Shown here piece after piece: positions 35,401 through 41,029 of a stretch of 64,000 nucleotides of DNA (within the stretch, counting starts at the first letter, position 1; the number at the start of each line of letters is the position of its first letter). Origin of the DNA: Patescibacteria group bacterium (GTDB lineage: Bacteria; Patescibacteriota; Patescibacteriia; UBA10025; JAHIVO01). The DNA is taken from NCBI GenBank assembly GCA_049325535.1, contig JBMOKY010000001.1, positions 877,942 to 941,941 on the forward strand, in the 5' to 3' direction. The notes beneath the pieces were generated by a model, which was not told where the DNA came from, made no database searches, and saw nothing but the letters and a program-made list of their open reading frames with translations. Position numbers and translations under genes: made by a program.

Positions 35401-36701
35401 GGGTCGGTGATGGCCACGTTTTTGATTTCGCGGGTAGTCGGCTCGACGCCTAAGAATTCGAAATTGGACCCTTCTTTTATAGTGACGTCAATCACCGGCT
35501 GCTCATCCAGGGCGAAATTACCGTCACCCTCCACATCGACAAATGCGGTACTCTCCTCGATCTGCTGGATGACCGGGTCCGGCTCCTGCACCGTCGCCCG
35601 GACGGTCACCCCGTCTATCCATGCCGCCGTGGCTGCGTCCGCCGAGCCAGAAGCAAATGTTGCCCGGAATCGAACTTGGGTGATCTGGGCGATGCTGGTG
35701 ATATCAGGAAGCGGATAGATGAAAAAATCTCCATGAATAGCGTTGCTAAAATTTTCAGTGAGCGCCATCGATTCCAGTGCCATCCAGGTCTGGCCGGCAT
35801 CAGCCGAATACTCCAGTACCAGCACATCATCACTGGCAGAGTCCCCCTGGGCGGCTAATGAAATCGCGAGGGCCACCTCGGAAATAGTAGATGCTGGATC
35901 CACGCTGTCCGGCAGCCGGAACCCGCCAACCGTGAGGATTGGGTCAGAGGTATCCAGCGGCGCATCGGTGACCTCACCGATAGAAGCGGGCTGATCCTCG
36001 ATCACGGTAGTATGCTCTATCTCCACCGGCTGTTGGTCGGCCGGCTGCAATGCGTGGAAATGCGCAGCATTGTCATCGGTGAAATCGCCGATACCCGCCG
36101 TGGGCAGCGCATCGATCTCCATCACTGCCGCAGTCGCATCCCAGCCCGCAGCCGTACTCGGTGCCAGTGTGTATGTCTCTACCGGCGCCTGTCCAGCCCG
36201 AGCCAAATAAATATAGGCAAAGAAGCTGACCTGCACTACGGCAAACGTAAATGCGACGAGGAGGACGGAAAAAATGTATAGGGAAAATTTACGGCTCAAA
36301 AAATACAGCTGGAACCAGCGCCAGGAAAATCCCGGTTTGAGCACGTAGCGATTGTCATCTGATTCCGGCACGACTGGTGCGACAGGCACTACCACGATCC
36401 GCTTGTGCGGCGGCAGCGACTGATAGAAGGAGCGGATCGCTTCACGGTCATATCGTCGGTCCTGCCGGATACCGATGCGGACAGCACGAAGCCGACCAGA
36501 ACGGTCCCAGTTCCGGAGGGTATTTGGGTGCACGCCAAGGATTTCGCTGACCTGCTCTATGGTGAGCAAATGCGGCAGCGAATCAAAGTCTATGGAGCGT
36601 TCCTGTACGGTTGGCGTCTGTTTTTGTTTTTTCTTAAACCAAAACAGCTCCACGAATTTACTTTTTACTTTCGCTTCAATTAGCGAAAAATAATCATTCA
36701 C
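23433..36701 (-). CDS. Giant (4422 aa) surface protein: N-terminal excisionase/MerR-type HTH + TM segment, ~4000-aa Thr/Gly/Ser-rich beta-helix-like repeat region, C-terminal WxL-like domain
   Basis: 13.3-kb uninterrupted ORF with a GTG start at 36701. Residues ~45-95 (LLTIEQVSEILGVHPNTLRNWDRSGRLRAVRIGIRQDRRYDREAIRSF) match the HTH_17/excisionase DNA-binding domain. Residues ~130-165 form a TM helix. Internal repeated modules such as GTRIDLARSSGVGSWNLVVTGTQSVRYANPSNSSACGG recur several times. The C-terminal 160 aa are homologous to the 346-aa neighbour. Confidence 0.6.
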   Translation of the reverse strand: MNDYFSLIEAKVKSKFVELFWFKKKQKQTPTVQERSIDFDSLPHLLTIEQVSEILGVHPNTLRNWDRSGRLRAVRIGIRQDRRYDREAIRSFYQSLPPHKRIVVVPVAPVVPESDDNRYVLKPGFSWRWFQLYFLSRKFSLYIFSVLLVAFTFAVVQVSFFAYIYLARAGQAPVETYTLAPSTAAGWDATAAVMEIDALPTAGIGDFTDDNAAHFHALQPADQQPVEIEHTTVIEDQPASIGEVTDAPLDTSDPILTVGGFRLPDSVDPASTISEVALAISLAAQGDSASDDVLVLEYSADAGQTWMALESMALTENFSNAIHGDFFIYPLPDITSIAQITQVRFRATFASGSADAATAAWIDGVTVRATVQEPDPVIQQIEESTAFVDVEGDGNFALDEQPVIDVTIKEGSNFEFLGVEPTTREIKNVAITDPNGTTQDARIAVTESESGGDTTAAVTVGTGSFTRPGKYSVTVAVEQDGRTKEVVYEFVWGGLAMNTDQAQYRLGQDVTFSLGAVDDTGHIVCTADMLLRITDPQGTVSILSSADGSIAVTDYCSVKDVYEGPDYVAVYTPTVIGRYSVELVAAVQGDERRLTDSFTVAEDPAYYITRQGPTRVFPNVPQPMTLRVHARDDFAGIVRELIPGEFTVEPGQGGRVEPYDTGSAIVHSIVWEVDLAAGSDTELTYAFKSPEKSPALFAFGPAQVGEWQEARAWQLVIDPAYMFVLGNSSSAPTGWTTDTTYNGYYPRGAASTDATPPSGGATSHTHTVSGQTISAPSTEVSDHGCSDFCSIMSLTSHTHGINSLTVGSANNDPLNYTFYLWKSNSTDPTTIPNNAFVFFDTTPSGSWSQFSSADDRMVKINNSHATGGTANTHTHSLTWGSLTAASGSADEDIGLATYRSASFTHTHTAPTATNSTSYTSLPSYIQSLIYQATADNSVPQNMIAMWDAAPPTGWTTVSGASQTYNGQFIRGSSSYSATPQSADTHSMANQTSGNTGTPSANSGGTAAGTGVARSTHTHTITASFNASTDHKPQYFDVILAECTNASGCGAASGISIGGSLYSDEGSTKITASAKTIVLWVNGNANACGGGACTAETSSGDYTIANVTASAGDVITIFVDEETEEATTVFKSDGTTQTNAHLYQNRVIVRNDYGASITNANLESGDREGGDSDVKFDVASSNLTVDSNFELHLWTGDTYDPNGTVTTQGTGSLHVDDSATMYLDTATNTIAGSTTIDTGATLNVQNSTNANGDSGVTVTGTLNVSGGTFAIGDGLVEDLSSTGTTTLSGGTINIADDLLVSNGTTTISTAVNVWGNGTGSTIAHSGGTLIFDTGASVIFTGEYQATGGTGYWSAGTITGDTANSSHIRLRAGSTTYLAGASVYAGNNAIVEWANTTPGTVNFYMTGGHLYARGFLVYNTATLVTGNGLGGAPSGGTLHLGLNGGGDSSSRTYYDVQAAAHSFYNFQVDEDSKFNDSTTQTLNLAGSFIISSGKTFNGNDNTMAVTGDFTNNGGTYTGGTSTVQLVGNGAINGTTDTTFYNLTIGDSTVGTVTVGGSNDVTVTNTLNIDTDDVLSIGSDRTVTHTNAANTTLNGTVSGAGRLVYPNGAGGPGTTGTLSAITRYDATSGDVASTTIDARTYAGPVEFYSSSSAGTRTATLASGTYTLSGSGAHFHVLAAGTQTMAVAANTNNPTVTIGGDLDFTGTGGGSESITSGTGTWTVSNIVDFTGGTYTATSGNTLAMDGDDDDALYPNGTSFYNFSLTGFGTVAHMQAGNMTVTNTLSIASLTQLDIASSYSATVASTGSLANNSSSIISGDGTLIVQASTLPASPSISANIRLDATSNDITVNGTASTRTLVGSGKILELYNNSASSRTITLGDTAGRTFSITGGVTTTRAGAGTLTVQVNTYDPTFTITQALTIGTGTVWEASNTGSFDLKGDYTNNGTFTDNLGTVTLSGTAKQTLSGSMTTSTNNFYNLILTNTAGSWSGCSTSFNPSIDFAAAATISGTYTITTGSVEVEYNSGSTYTVNNINWAGSVGNFIVFRNSNLTSGTWLLNVSGTQTAVSYVDVARSDASSGSEIGADDGTNTNCGTNTNWNFGFAISGTANGNEGATVRYAYNSTLQGSTTTISSGTWTISGVTAPSSGDEVYVWIDNVGNDNESTAITIYDGSGHITGMVLDTHVLTIGSDDNPTLTDSHCTATTYQNVNDEDIMFSCWTSLDGPVFTVDDDDVYADDKLRILSGSHLDLTGSDLLEAHDVEINGQLTPAASVTVSGSWDNNGDYNAASETITFESTTTETIDSTSATDADVNTVVFNGSGGQWTLNSATTVNSNVTMTLGTLVVSNALNVTGNITANGGTIQGTSNITVLGDFSGNGTVNMTGGTVEVQNTSTIAGNTNWTFYNLTAGYSGACTASYTMTAQGSGEMTVSHQLTSESCSCGMECAYYARLATGDKIWHFTGSGTGTGAPTYGLNISSWGASTFSFEGTAATDVYGGTLYNLRLDPASGTPSYTLNGGSLYGDLYIDTLVSFSHTSGTALQMAGDGKTIDAGGKTFYRVYVNGTNNTVTVANTDFTTSNYLIVSSGSTLTINSGRSVTTGSPLWLSDGTINGAGLLVFTDTANLDAGGTLDVDVRLDATAGPVDDTLFVARAYGGDLELYNNSGGSRLFEAGAGTLTVSGNFSSNSPSGSNLVEMTPPTVTITGSFTLPSGDSLQGWSSMSIGGNMSVDGNFSSGTATITLNGTSTQTITGTLTGVNSFYDLIVTNASVGGVVFSSSTDVDGTFTATTANTNLGFVGGTTHTWVNININGQAVGTRIDLARSSGVGSWNLVVTGTQSVRYANPSNSSACGGDSIRAYDGTSNDGGSNNCWIFTGVTVSGAIYSDQGSTLYNCSANNITIHGATNGESADTATCTSGDGTFSISVLPPSSAGDPIILYIDSGESIQANFVTLAADTSSAITGARLYDNWIIVRHENAGPMTNADMLAADNGDAGVIYYDAGYLQLDSGRNLLLWSGDSFDPGGKINTGGGSQLYLEDGSEMWFDAGTTYFSGGITIANVLSDPAALHVDATSMTSTVTVNGTMDGTGDFTILSSLTGNGTVAMTGGTMTFPYTSTIGGAEDWSFSSMEFTHASCGSKTSSFTGAGSFTFSGTLTTDTCFNLETWTHVIDPNDKLIILTMSSGTPMDAILAGQPVNNSIVRYTGTSVTVDNSFYSTLQLQPSSSTTYTLQSAVTTIVYSNMTVNSNVTLSAGTSTLYVGGASVTLDLNDETLYNLDVYPSGTGTVTVQNTDFSVSNTMTVDTSDTLSIPSGRTVTLNSTGSLTLNGVISGAGRLAYRPATAFPTTGTISSILRFDCTNNNTIMSDRTYGGDVEFYMPGGASRQVTIGTAGSQTPDITGNLTLINSDFDFLLTADASGYDPSVTIGGDFSNNGAGGITTIGAGAGTWTVGGDVELTRGQFIPDTGSTLIMNGTGTLFVDNVYGSDTSPYNFQTSGSGTITLDDPMTVSNDMVVGSGTTVTGAQNLTVTGGDITGDGILNLTAGTLTIPSTSGSFGGDTAWSINNFHLSSTTQCADRITTATGTGQMTVTGVITTDAVYDPLEICGCTEESCYGHALHAGSKTWVITQGGTGGSRPVINNGRIVGNTSTFRYTGEVATDIQSLSNYSYYYNLHVQPSGGATPAYTFTSPTANSITHDLVVGDGSHNVHLNAASNNAVITVGNDLSCTAGASTNSVTTGTATWTVTGNTTLSNCDTFTATAGHTLLMNGASKVITSGGKTLSNFQVGVGSVSSADAMDVNGTFTVSSGSFTHHASSNLNVAGDFTIASGATFNPATSGLLILDGDLTYADNRVTQTSVGDVHIGTSPDTTDLATDMTAKSLTINDGDVFNTHGYDLDIGIGGITIAADGGSGGGRLDVDDDVETDGTYMATDGKFDLQSGAQLNNSDGTNVGSTLAFTIPATAVSDVTSDLITAGTGNPYDLVIDDGGGTYDLTVEIEDPLTVENDITITDGILDTKSTESNAITIGGDWTNADTFTSQLATATFTGAAKPGGTIYIDSSGAQCAACDDFFHVVLNDSANGDTFQLESNLDVNGNLTITGGTLDTKNLSNYSVYLAGNWTNNDIFEARSGTVTADGINQQTFSGTMTGASAFYNLTITNSSGSNPETSPSVIFSAAAETDNNFTATTANTKLRFNAGSTYTFQNISFNGQATGTRVFLRSSSTGTQWDIHVAGTRSVSNTNVRDSDACGQAPDIDASNGTNFDATNNDCWLINSMSFSISDTTIGFGSLSATQDRYATGDGTGSDTEVQAHTLAAATSGGGGYSIDIDGTTLTSGAGDSIDYIGGTNTASQTGTEQYGIRATASGGSGSVSAPYADAGFAYDLINFPDTFATSAGASSTTTYSVRYMSNISSQTEAGNYTSNITYIITPEF

Positions 36702-36720
36702 TTACCAAAAAACTGATTAC

Positions 36721-36749
36721 AGTATAGCAGAAAAAAAAGAATTTGTCTA
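36721..36749 (-). promoter_or_regulatory. Candidate promoter (TAGACA-N17-TATACT) for the giant-protein operon
   Basis: On the minus strand, TAGACA (36749-36744), a 17-nt spacer and TATACT (36726-36721) lie about 20 nt upstream of the GTG start. A weak hairpin plus T-run for the upstream GT2 gene precedes it. Confidence 0.35.
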
Positions 36750-36834
36750 CTCAATGGCTACAATAAATAAACGCGATTTTCTCGCGCCCCGTCATATCTC
36801 TGAATGAGGCATAAATTATGGGCCGAAGACTCAA

Positions 36835-37557
36835 TTACTTAACAACTTTTTTCCTGCCTAAACGGAGCAAAATCACCTGCCAAAAGCTCTCAAACATGAT
36901 CCCTATACTAAACTTTGATTTACCGGCCCGCCGTTCTACGAATGTGATGGGAATTTCCCGGATATGCCATCCGGCGCGATAGGCACGGTAGGTAAGCTCA
37001 ATCTGAAAATTATACCCGCGCGAGGCTACGGCCGCTAAATCCATTTTTTCCAGCACCACCCGGCGAAAACATTTATAGCCCCCGGTGAGGTCATGAATCG
37101 GGGACCCGAGAATCAGCCGGATGAGCCGGTTTGCAGTCGAAGAAATGAATAGCCGCATGGCATGCCAGTTCTCTACCCCGCCGCCCTGGATATACCGAGA
37201 CCCGAGGACGATATCGGCGCTTTCGATGGCGCGCAGGAAATCCGGGATATACCGCGGCTGATGGGAAAAATCAGCATCCATCTCAAAGACATACGCCACC
37301 GTCGGATCGCGTAGTACCTGCTGGAATCCCGCCACATACGCTTTACCCAGCCCTTCTTTCTCTTTCCGGTGCAGTACCGCTACGCGGGACTCACGCCGGG
37401 CAATGTCATCCGCCAGCTGACCCGTCCCATCCGGGGAATTGTCATCGACCACCAGCACCGAAAGCTCGGGTACCGGAAGCGCCAGCAAAGCCCTGACGAT
37501 ATCCTCGAGGTTATCGCGCTCATTGTACGTCGGAAGAATGACCGTTGCTTTAGCCAT
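36835..37557 (-). CDS. GT2-family polyprenyl-phosphate glycosyltransferase (dolichyl/undecaprenyl-phosphate mannosyl- or glucosyltransferase-like)
   Basis: 240-aa ORF containing ILPTYNERDNLE, VDDNSPDGT and a DAD motif, the GT-A fold of DPM1/Ppm1-like enzymes. Confidence 0.85.
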   Translation of the reverse strand: MAKATVILPTYNERDNLEDIVRALLALPVPELSVLVVDDNSPDGTGQLADDIARRESRVAVLHRKEKEGLGKAYVAGFQQVLRDPTVAYVFEMDADFSHQPRYIPDFLRAIESADIVLGSRYIQGGGVENWHAMRLFISSTANRLIRLILGSPIHDLTGGYKCFRRVVLEKMDLAAVASRGYNFQIELTYRAYRAGWHIREIPITFVERRAGKSKFSIGIMFESFWQVILLRLGRKKVVK

Positions 37558-37651
37558 AGAATGAACTCAGTGTAGCACGCTAAACGAAAAAAGTGTATTG
37601 GCACCTTTTGACGCACGGCCTCTATTTTATTATAATAACCCCACTCAACCT

Positions 37652-39136
37652 ATGCCCGACCTCCTCAAGCCCAACGAAAAACAAGCGCAAAAGATTCGGA
37701 AATTTGACCCATCGATTTATCAGCCGTCCGAATCGTCTGGAGCCGCACCGCGTACTTCCACCCGCCGAGGATCACGCCTGCTTTTGTGGTCTTCAGTTAG
37801 TTTGGTGGTGGTCATCATCATGATCGGCGCAGTATTCATGACTCGCGTCATCGCGGCGGTAAACAGTACCAATACTGAAACCGGGGAAAAAGTGGGCCTC
37901 TTCGACCAGATCCGCCATCTCATCAGCAATCCCGAACAACAGCTCAATGGAGAGGCTGACGACCGAATCAATATTCTGCTGGCCGGCATCGGTGGCGCCG
38001 GACATCAGGGTGCCTATCTGGCCGATACTATCATCCTCATGAGCATCAAGCCGTCCACCAATGATATCGCCATGATGTCCATTCCACGCGACCTCTACGT
38101 AGAAATACCCGACTACGGCTTCCGCAAAATCAATAATGCGCTGGCATTCGGCGTTCAGTCAGACTATCCGGGCGGGGGTGAGGCGCTGCTCGCCCAGGTG
38201 GTATCTGATACCTTTGACGTGCCCGTTCATTATTTCGCTCGCATTGATTTTGAAGGCTTTCGCAAAGCCATCGATAATCTCGGCGGCATCGATGTCACTA
38301 TTGATGCTGCGTTTACCGACTACGAATACCCGGACTACAACTACGGCTACCAAGTAATCTCATTCAAAAAAGGTATCGAACACATGACCGGCGAACGGGC
38401 GCTCCAGTTTGTCCGCTCGCGCCACGGTAATAATGGCGAGGGGTCTGATTTCGCCCGCTCCCAGCGCCAACAAAAAGTCCTCTTTGCCCTGAAAAATCAA
38501 TTTTTCTCCGTCAATAACCTGATTAACCCATCGAGTGTGGTATCCGCTCTAGAAAGCCTGGGGCAGCACAATCAAACCAACATGGAAATATGGGAAATCG
38601 TCCGGCTGGCAAAAATGTCCGAACCAGTACAGAAAAGCGACATCATCACCATCACCCTCGACACGAGTGAAGAGGGATACCTCTATTCTGACCATACCCT
38701 GGACGGGGCTTACATCCTACGCCCCACCGCCGGTGATTTTACGGAAATACAGCTTCGGCTCGCCACTATCTTTGACACCAGCAATATCAGCCGTGAACAC
38801 GCGCGGATCGAAGTGCAAAATGGCACCACTACTGAAGGTTTGGCCACTCAAACGGCTGATCTGCTGCGGCAGGAGCACTTCAATGTGGTGCAGGTGGGCA
38901 ATGTCGACAGCGAAAACGAGGTCAGTACCACCACGATCTATGATCTGTCCAACGGCACCAAACCGTACACACTGGCCAGTTTGAAAAATCTGCTCAATGC
39001 CCGCATCGCCCCGGCGACGCCAGCGGCAGCCACCAACACTGGAATCCCCACGGCAGTCGACGACTCAGCCGACATACTTATCATTATCGGCGCTGATTAC
39101 ATCCAGCCATCCCAACTGACGCAAGCCACCAATTAA
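37652..39136 (+). CDS. LytR-CpsA-Psr (LCP) family cell-envelope phosphotransferase with C-terminal LytR_C domain
   Basis: The ORF is called from a TTG at 37598; the first ATG is at 37652 (MPDLLK...). It has an N-terminal TM helix and the LCP core (DRINILLAGIGGAGHQGAYLADTIILMSI...SIPRDLYVEIPDYGFRKINNA). Confidence 0.85.
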   Translation: MPDLLKPNEKQAQKIRKFDPSIYQPSESSGAAPRTSTRRGSRLLLWSSVSLVVVIIMIGAVFMTRVIAAVNSTNTETGEKVGLFDQIRHLISNPEQQLNGEADDRINILLAGIGGAGHQGAYLADTIILMSIKPSTNDIAMMSIPRDLYVEIPDYGFRKINNALAFGVQSDYPGGGEALLAQVVSDTFDVPVHYFARIDFEGFRKAIDNLGGIDVTIDAAFTDYEYPDYNYGYQVISFKKGIEHMTGERALQFVRSRHGNNGEGSDFARSQRQQKVLFALKNQFFSVNNLINPSSVVSALESLGQHNQTNMEIWEIVRLAKMSEPVQKSDIITITLDTSEEGYLYSDHTLDGAYILRPTAGDFTEIQLRLATIFDTSNISREHARIEVQNGTTTEGLATQTADLLRQEHFNVVQVGNVDSENEVSTTTIYDLSNGTKPYTLASLKNLLNARIAPATPAAATNTGIPTAVDDSADILIIIGADYIQPSQLTQATN

Positions 39137-39146
39137 CACAGGATCT

Positions 39147-40466
39147 ATGACCCGTTCCGTTCCGCATGTCGTGCTCGTAGGCAGAATCAATGCCGGGAAA
39201 TCAACGCTCTACAATAAACTCACCGAACAATTTTCGGCGATTGTTTCCGATGTCCCGGGAACGACGCGTGATATCAATGAGACGCTGATGCACTGGCGCC
39301 ATGCCACGTTTGCTTTAGTCGATACCGGGGGTCTCGATGCGGCCAGCCTCGGTTTGGTCGAAAAAAAAGTTCAAGAGCAGGCGTTTCGCGCAGTCAAATC
39401 GGCTACGCTCATCCTCTACGTCATCGACGGGAAGGGCGACGTCACGGCTATCGACCGGACGCTTGCCCGCTCGCTGCGCCAAGGTACCACGCCAGTCATC
39501 CTAGTCGCTACGAAACTCGATGGTCCCCGGTGGCGACGCCGCGTCTCTCCCCAGCTGTATTCCCTCGGCCTGGGCGACCCGCATCTCGTCTCAGGAACGA
39601 GCGGAGTGGGTACCGGTGACCTGCTCGATGCGATCGTCGAACGGCTACCAGCGAAAGCCTTTCGTGCCCGCACGTCAGAACTATTCATATCCATAGTCGG
39701 CAAAACAAATGTCGGCAAATCGTCCCTTTTCAATGCGCTCATCGGCGAAGAACGGGCCATCGTCACCCCCATTCCTCATACTACCCGGGATCCACACGAT
39801 GTCATCCTCACCTACCACGGAACCCCTCTGACCATCGTCGACACGGCGGGCCTGCGCCGTGACCGCAAACAATCAAGCGCCATCGAACATGTCAGCAGTA
39901 TGAAAACAAAGCAGATGATTGACCGATCGGATTTGTGCTGGCTGGTGACCGATGTCTCCGAACCATTGAGCGTCCAGGATCAAATCATCGCCCAGCACGC
40001 GCTCGATGCGCACAATAGCATCATCATCGTGGCAAACAAATGGGATCGCATCGCCAATAAAACCCCGCTCTCTATCCCCGAACATACCAAACGGTACCGA
40101 AATTTTTTCGCAGCGCTCGGCTGGGCGCCCATTCTCTTCGTTTCCGCCACGGAAAAGCAGCGCCTCGGCCAGCTGCTCAAGCTCACCATCGCTGTGGCCA
40201 GCGGCCGCAGACGAACACTGACACCACAACAGTTGAAATCGATGCTGACGATTTCCCCGCCCAAAAAGGCGGCACCGCGGAAAGGCACCAAATCAGCCAC
40301 TGACCTCAGGCTTAAACAAACGCGCTCTAACCCGCCGGTATTTACTCTGGCCACTCGGCATCCGGATCGCATCCATCCGGCGTATTGCAATTTTCTGGAG
40401 CGGCTGCTGCGTCAGCGGTATGATTTTACCGGCACCCCAATCCAGGTACAATTACAGAAAAACTAA
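39147..40466 (+). CDS. der: Ribosome-associated GTPase Der (EngA), tandem GTPase domains
   Basis: Two G-domains with P-loops GRINAGKST and GKTNVGKSS, DTGG/DTAG G3 motifs and a C-terminal KH-like domain. Confidence 0.9.
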   Translation: MTRSVPHVVLVGRINAGKSTLYNKLTEQFSAIVSDVPGTTRDINETLMHWRHATFALVDTGGLDAASLGLVEKKVQEQAFRAVKSATLILYVIDGKGDVTAIDRTLARSLRQGTTPVILVATKLDGPRWRRRVSPQLYSLGLGDPHLVSGTSGVGTGDLLDAIVERLPAKAFRARTSELFISIVGKTNVGKSSLFNALIGEERAIVTPIPHTTRDPHDVILTYHGTPLTIVDTAGLRRDRKQSSAIEHVSSMKTKQMIDRSDLCWLVTDVSEPLSVQDQIIAQHALDAHNSIIIVANKWDRIANKTPLSIPEHTKRYRNFFAALGWAPILFVSATEKQRLGQLLKLTIAVASGRRRTLTPQQLKSMLTISPPKKAAPRKGTKSATDLRLKQTRSNPPVFTLATRHPDRIHPAYCNFLERLLRQRYDFTGTPIQVQLQKN

Positions 40467-40477
40467 AGACGCACCCT

Positions 40478-41026
40478 ATGCGCTGCATCATCGGCCTCGG
40501 CAACCCAGAACCAATCTATGAAAAAACCCGGCATAACGCTGGCTGGATGACGCTCGATGCCCTGGCACCGGAACCGTGGGAATTGAAGAAAAAATTCAAT
40601 GCCGCCCTGCTGAAAACCATACGCCACGGCCAAGAGCTGCTGCTGGTCAAGCCGCACACCTATATGAACCGATCAGGAGAAGCCATCGCGGCCATCGCGG
40701 CTTTTTACCAGCTGCGCCCGGAAGAGTGCTGGCTGGTGCACGATGATATTGATTTACCCTGGGGCGTGATCCGCATCAGCCAGAATCGATCCGCGGGGGG
40801 GCACCGCGGAGTAGAATCAATATTTAATGCTCTGCATTCGCAGGCTTGTCCCCGATTCAGAATCGGTATCCGCCCGGAACATCCGTTTGATACCGAAGCG
40901 TACGTCCTGCAAAAATTCTCACCGGATCAGGCAGCACTATTGCCCGATATCATGACCAAAACCGTCGCTGCCATTGACCTGGCGCTTATATCCTCGCCAG
41001 CAGCAGCTGCCACGCGCTATAATTAA
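40478..41026 (+). CDS. pth: Peptidyl-tRNA hydrolase
   Basis: 182-aa ORF with the Pth N-terminal signature (MRCIIGLGNPEPIYEKTRHNAGW) and the catalytic His. Confidence 0.9.
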   Translation: MRCIIGLGNPEPIYEKTRHNAGWMTLDALAPEPWELKKKFNAALLKTIRHGQELLLVKPHTYMNRSGEAIAAIAAFYQLRPEECWLVHDDIDLPWGVIRISQNRSAGGHRGVESIFNALHSQACPRFRIGIRPEHPFDTEAYVLQKFSPDQAALLPDIMTKTVAAIDLALISSPAAAATRYN

Positions 41027-41029
41027 TCT

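Noticed and set aside
23433-36701. Interpreting the 4422-aa protein as an RTX toxin or classical autotransporter
   Set aside because: There are no GGxGxDxUx nonapeptide RTX repeats and no C-terminal beta-barrel translocator. The C-terminus is instead the WxL-like domain shared with the neighbouring gene.
37598-37651. TTG-initiated 18-codon N-terminal extension of the LCP gene
   Set aside because: An in-frame ATG at 37652 is directly followed by the expected short cytoplasmic tail plus TM helix. The extension overlaps the divergent promoter region.
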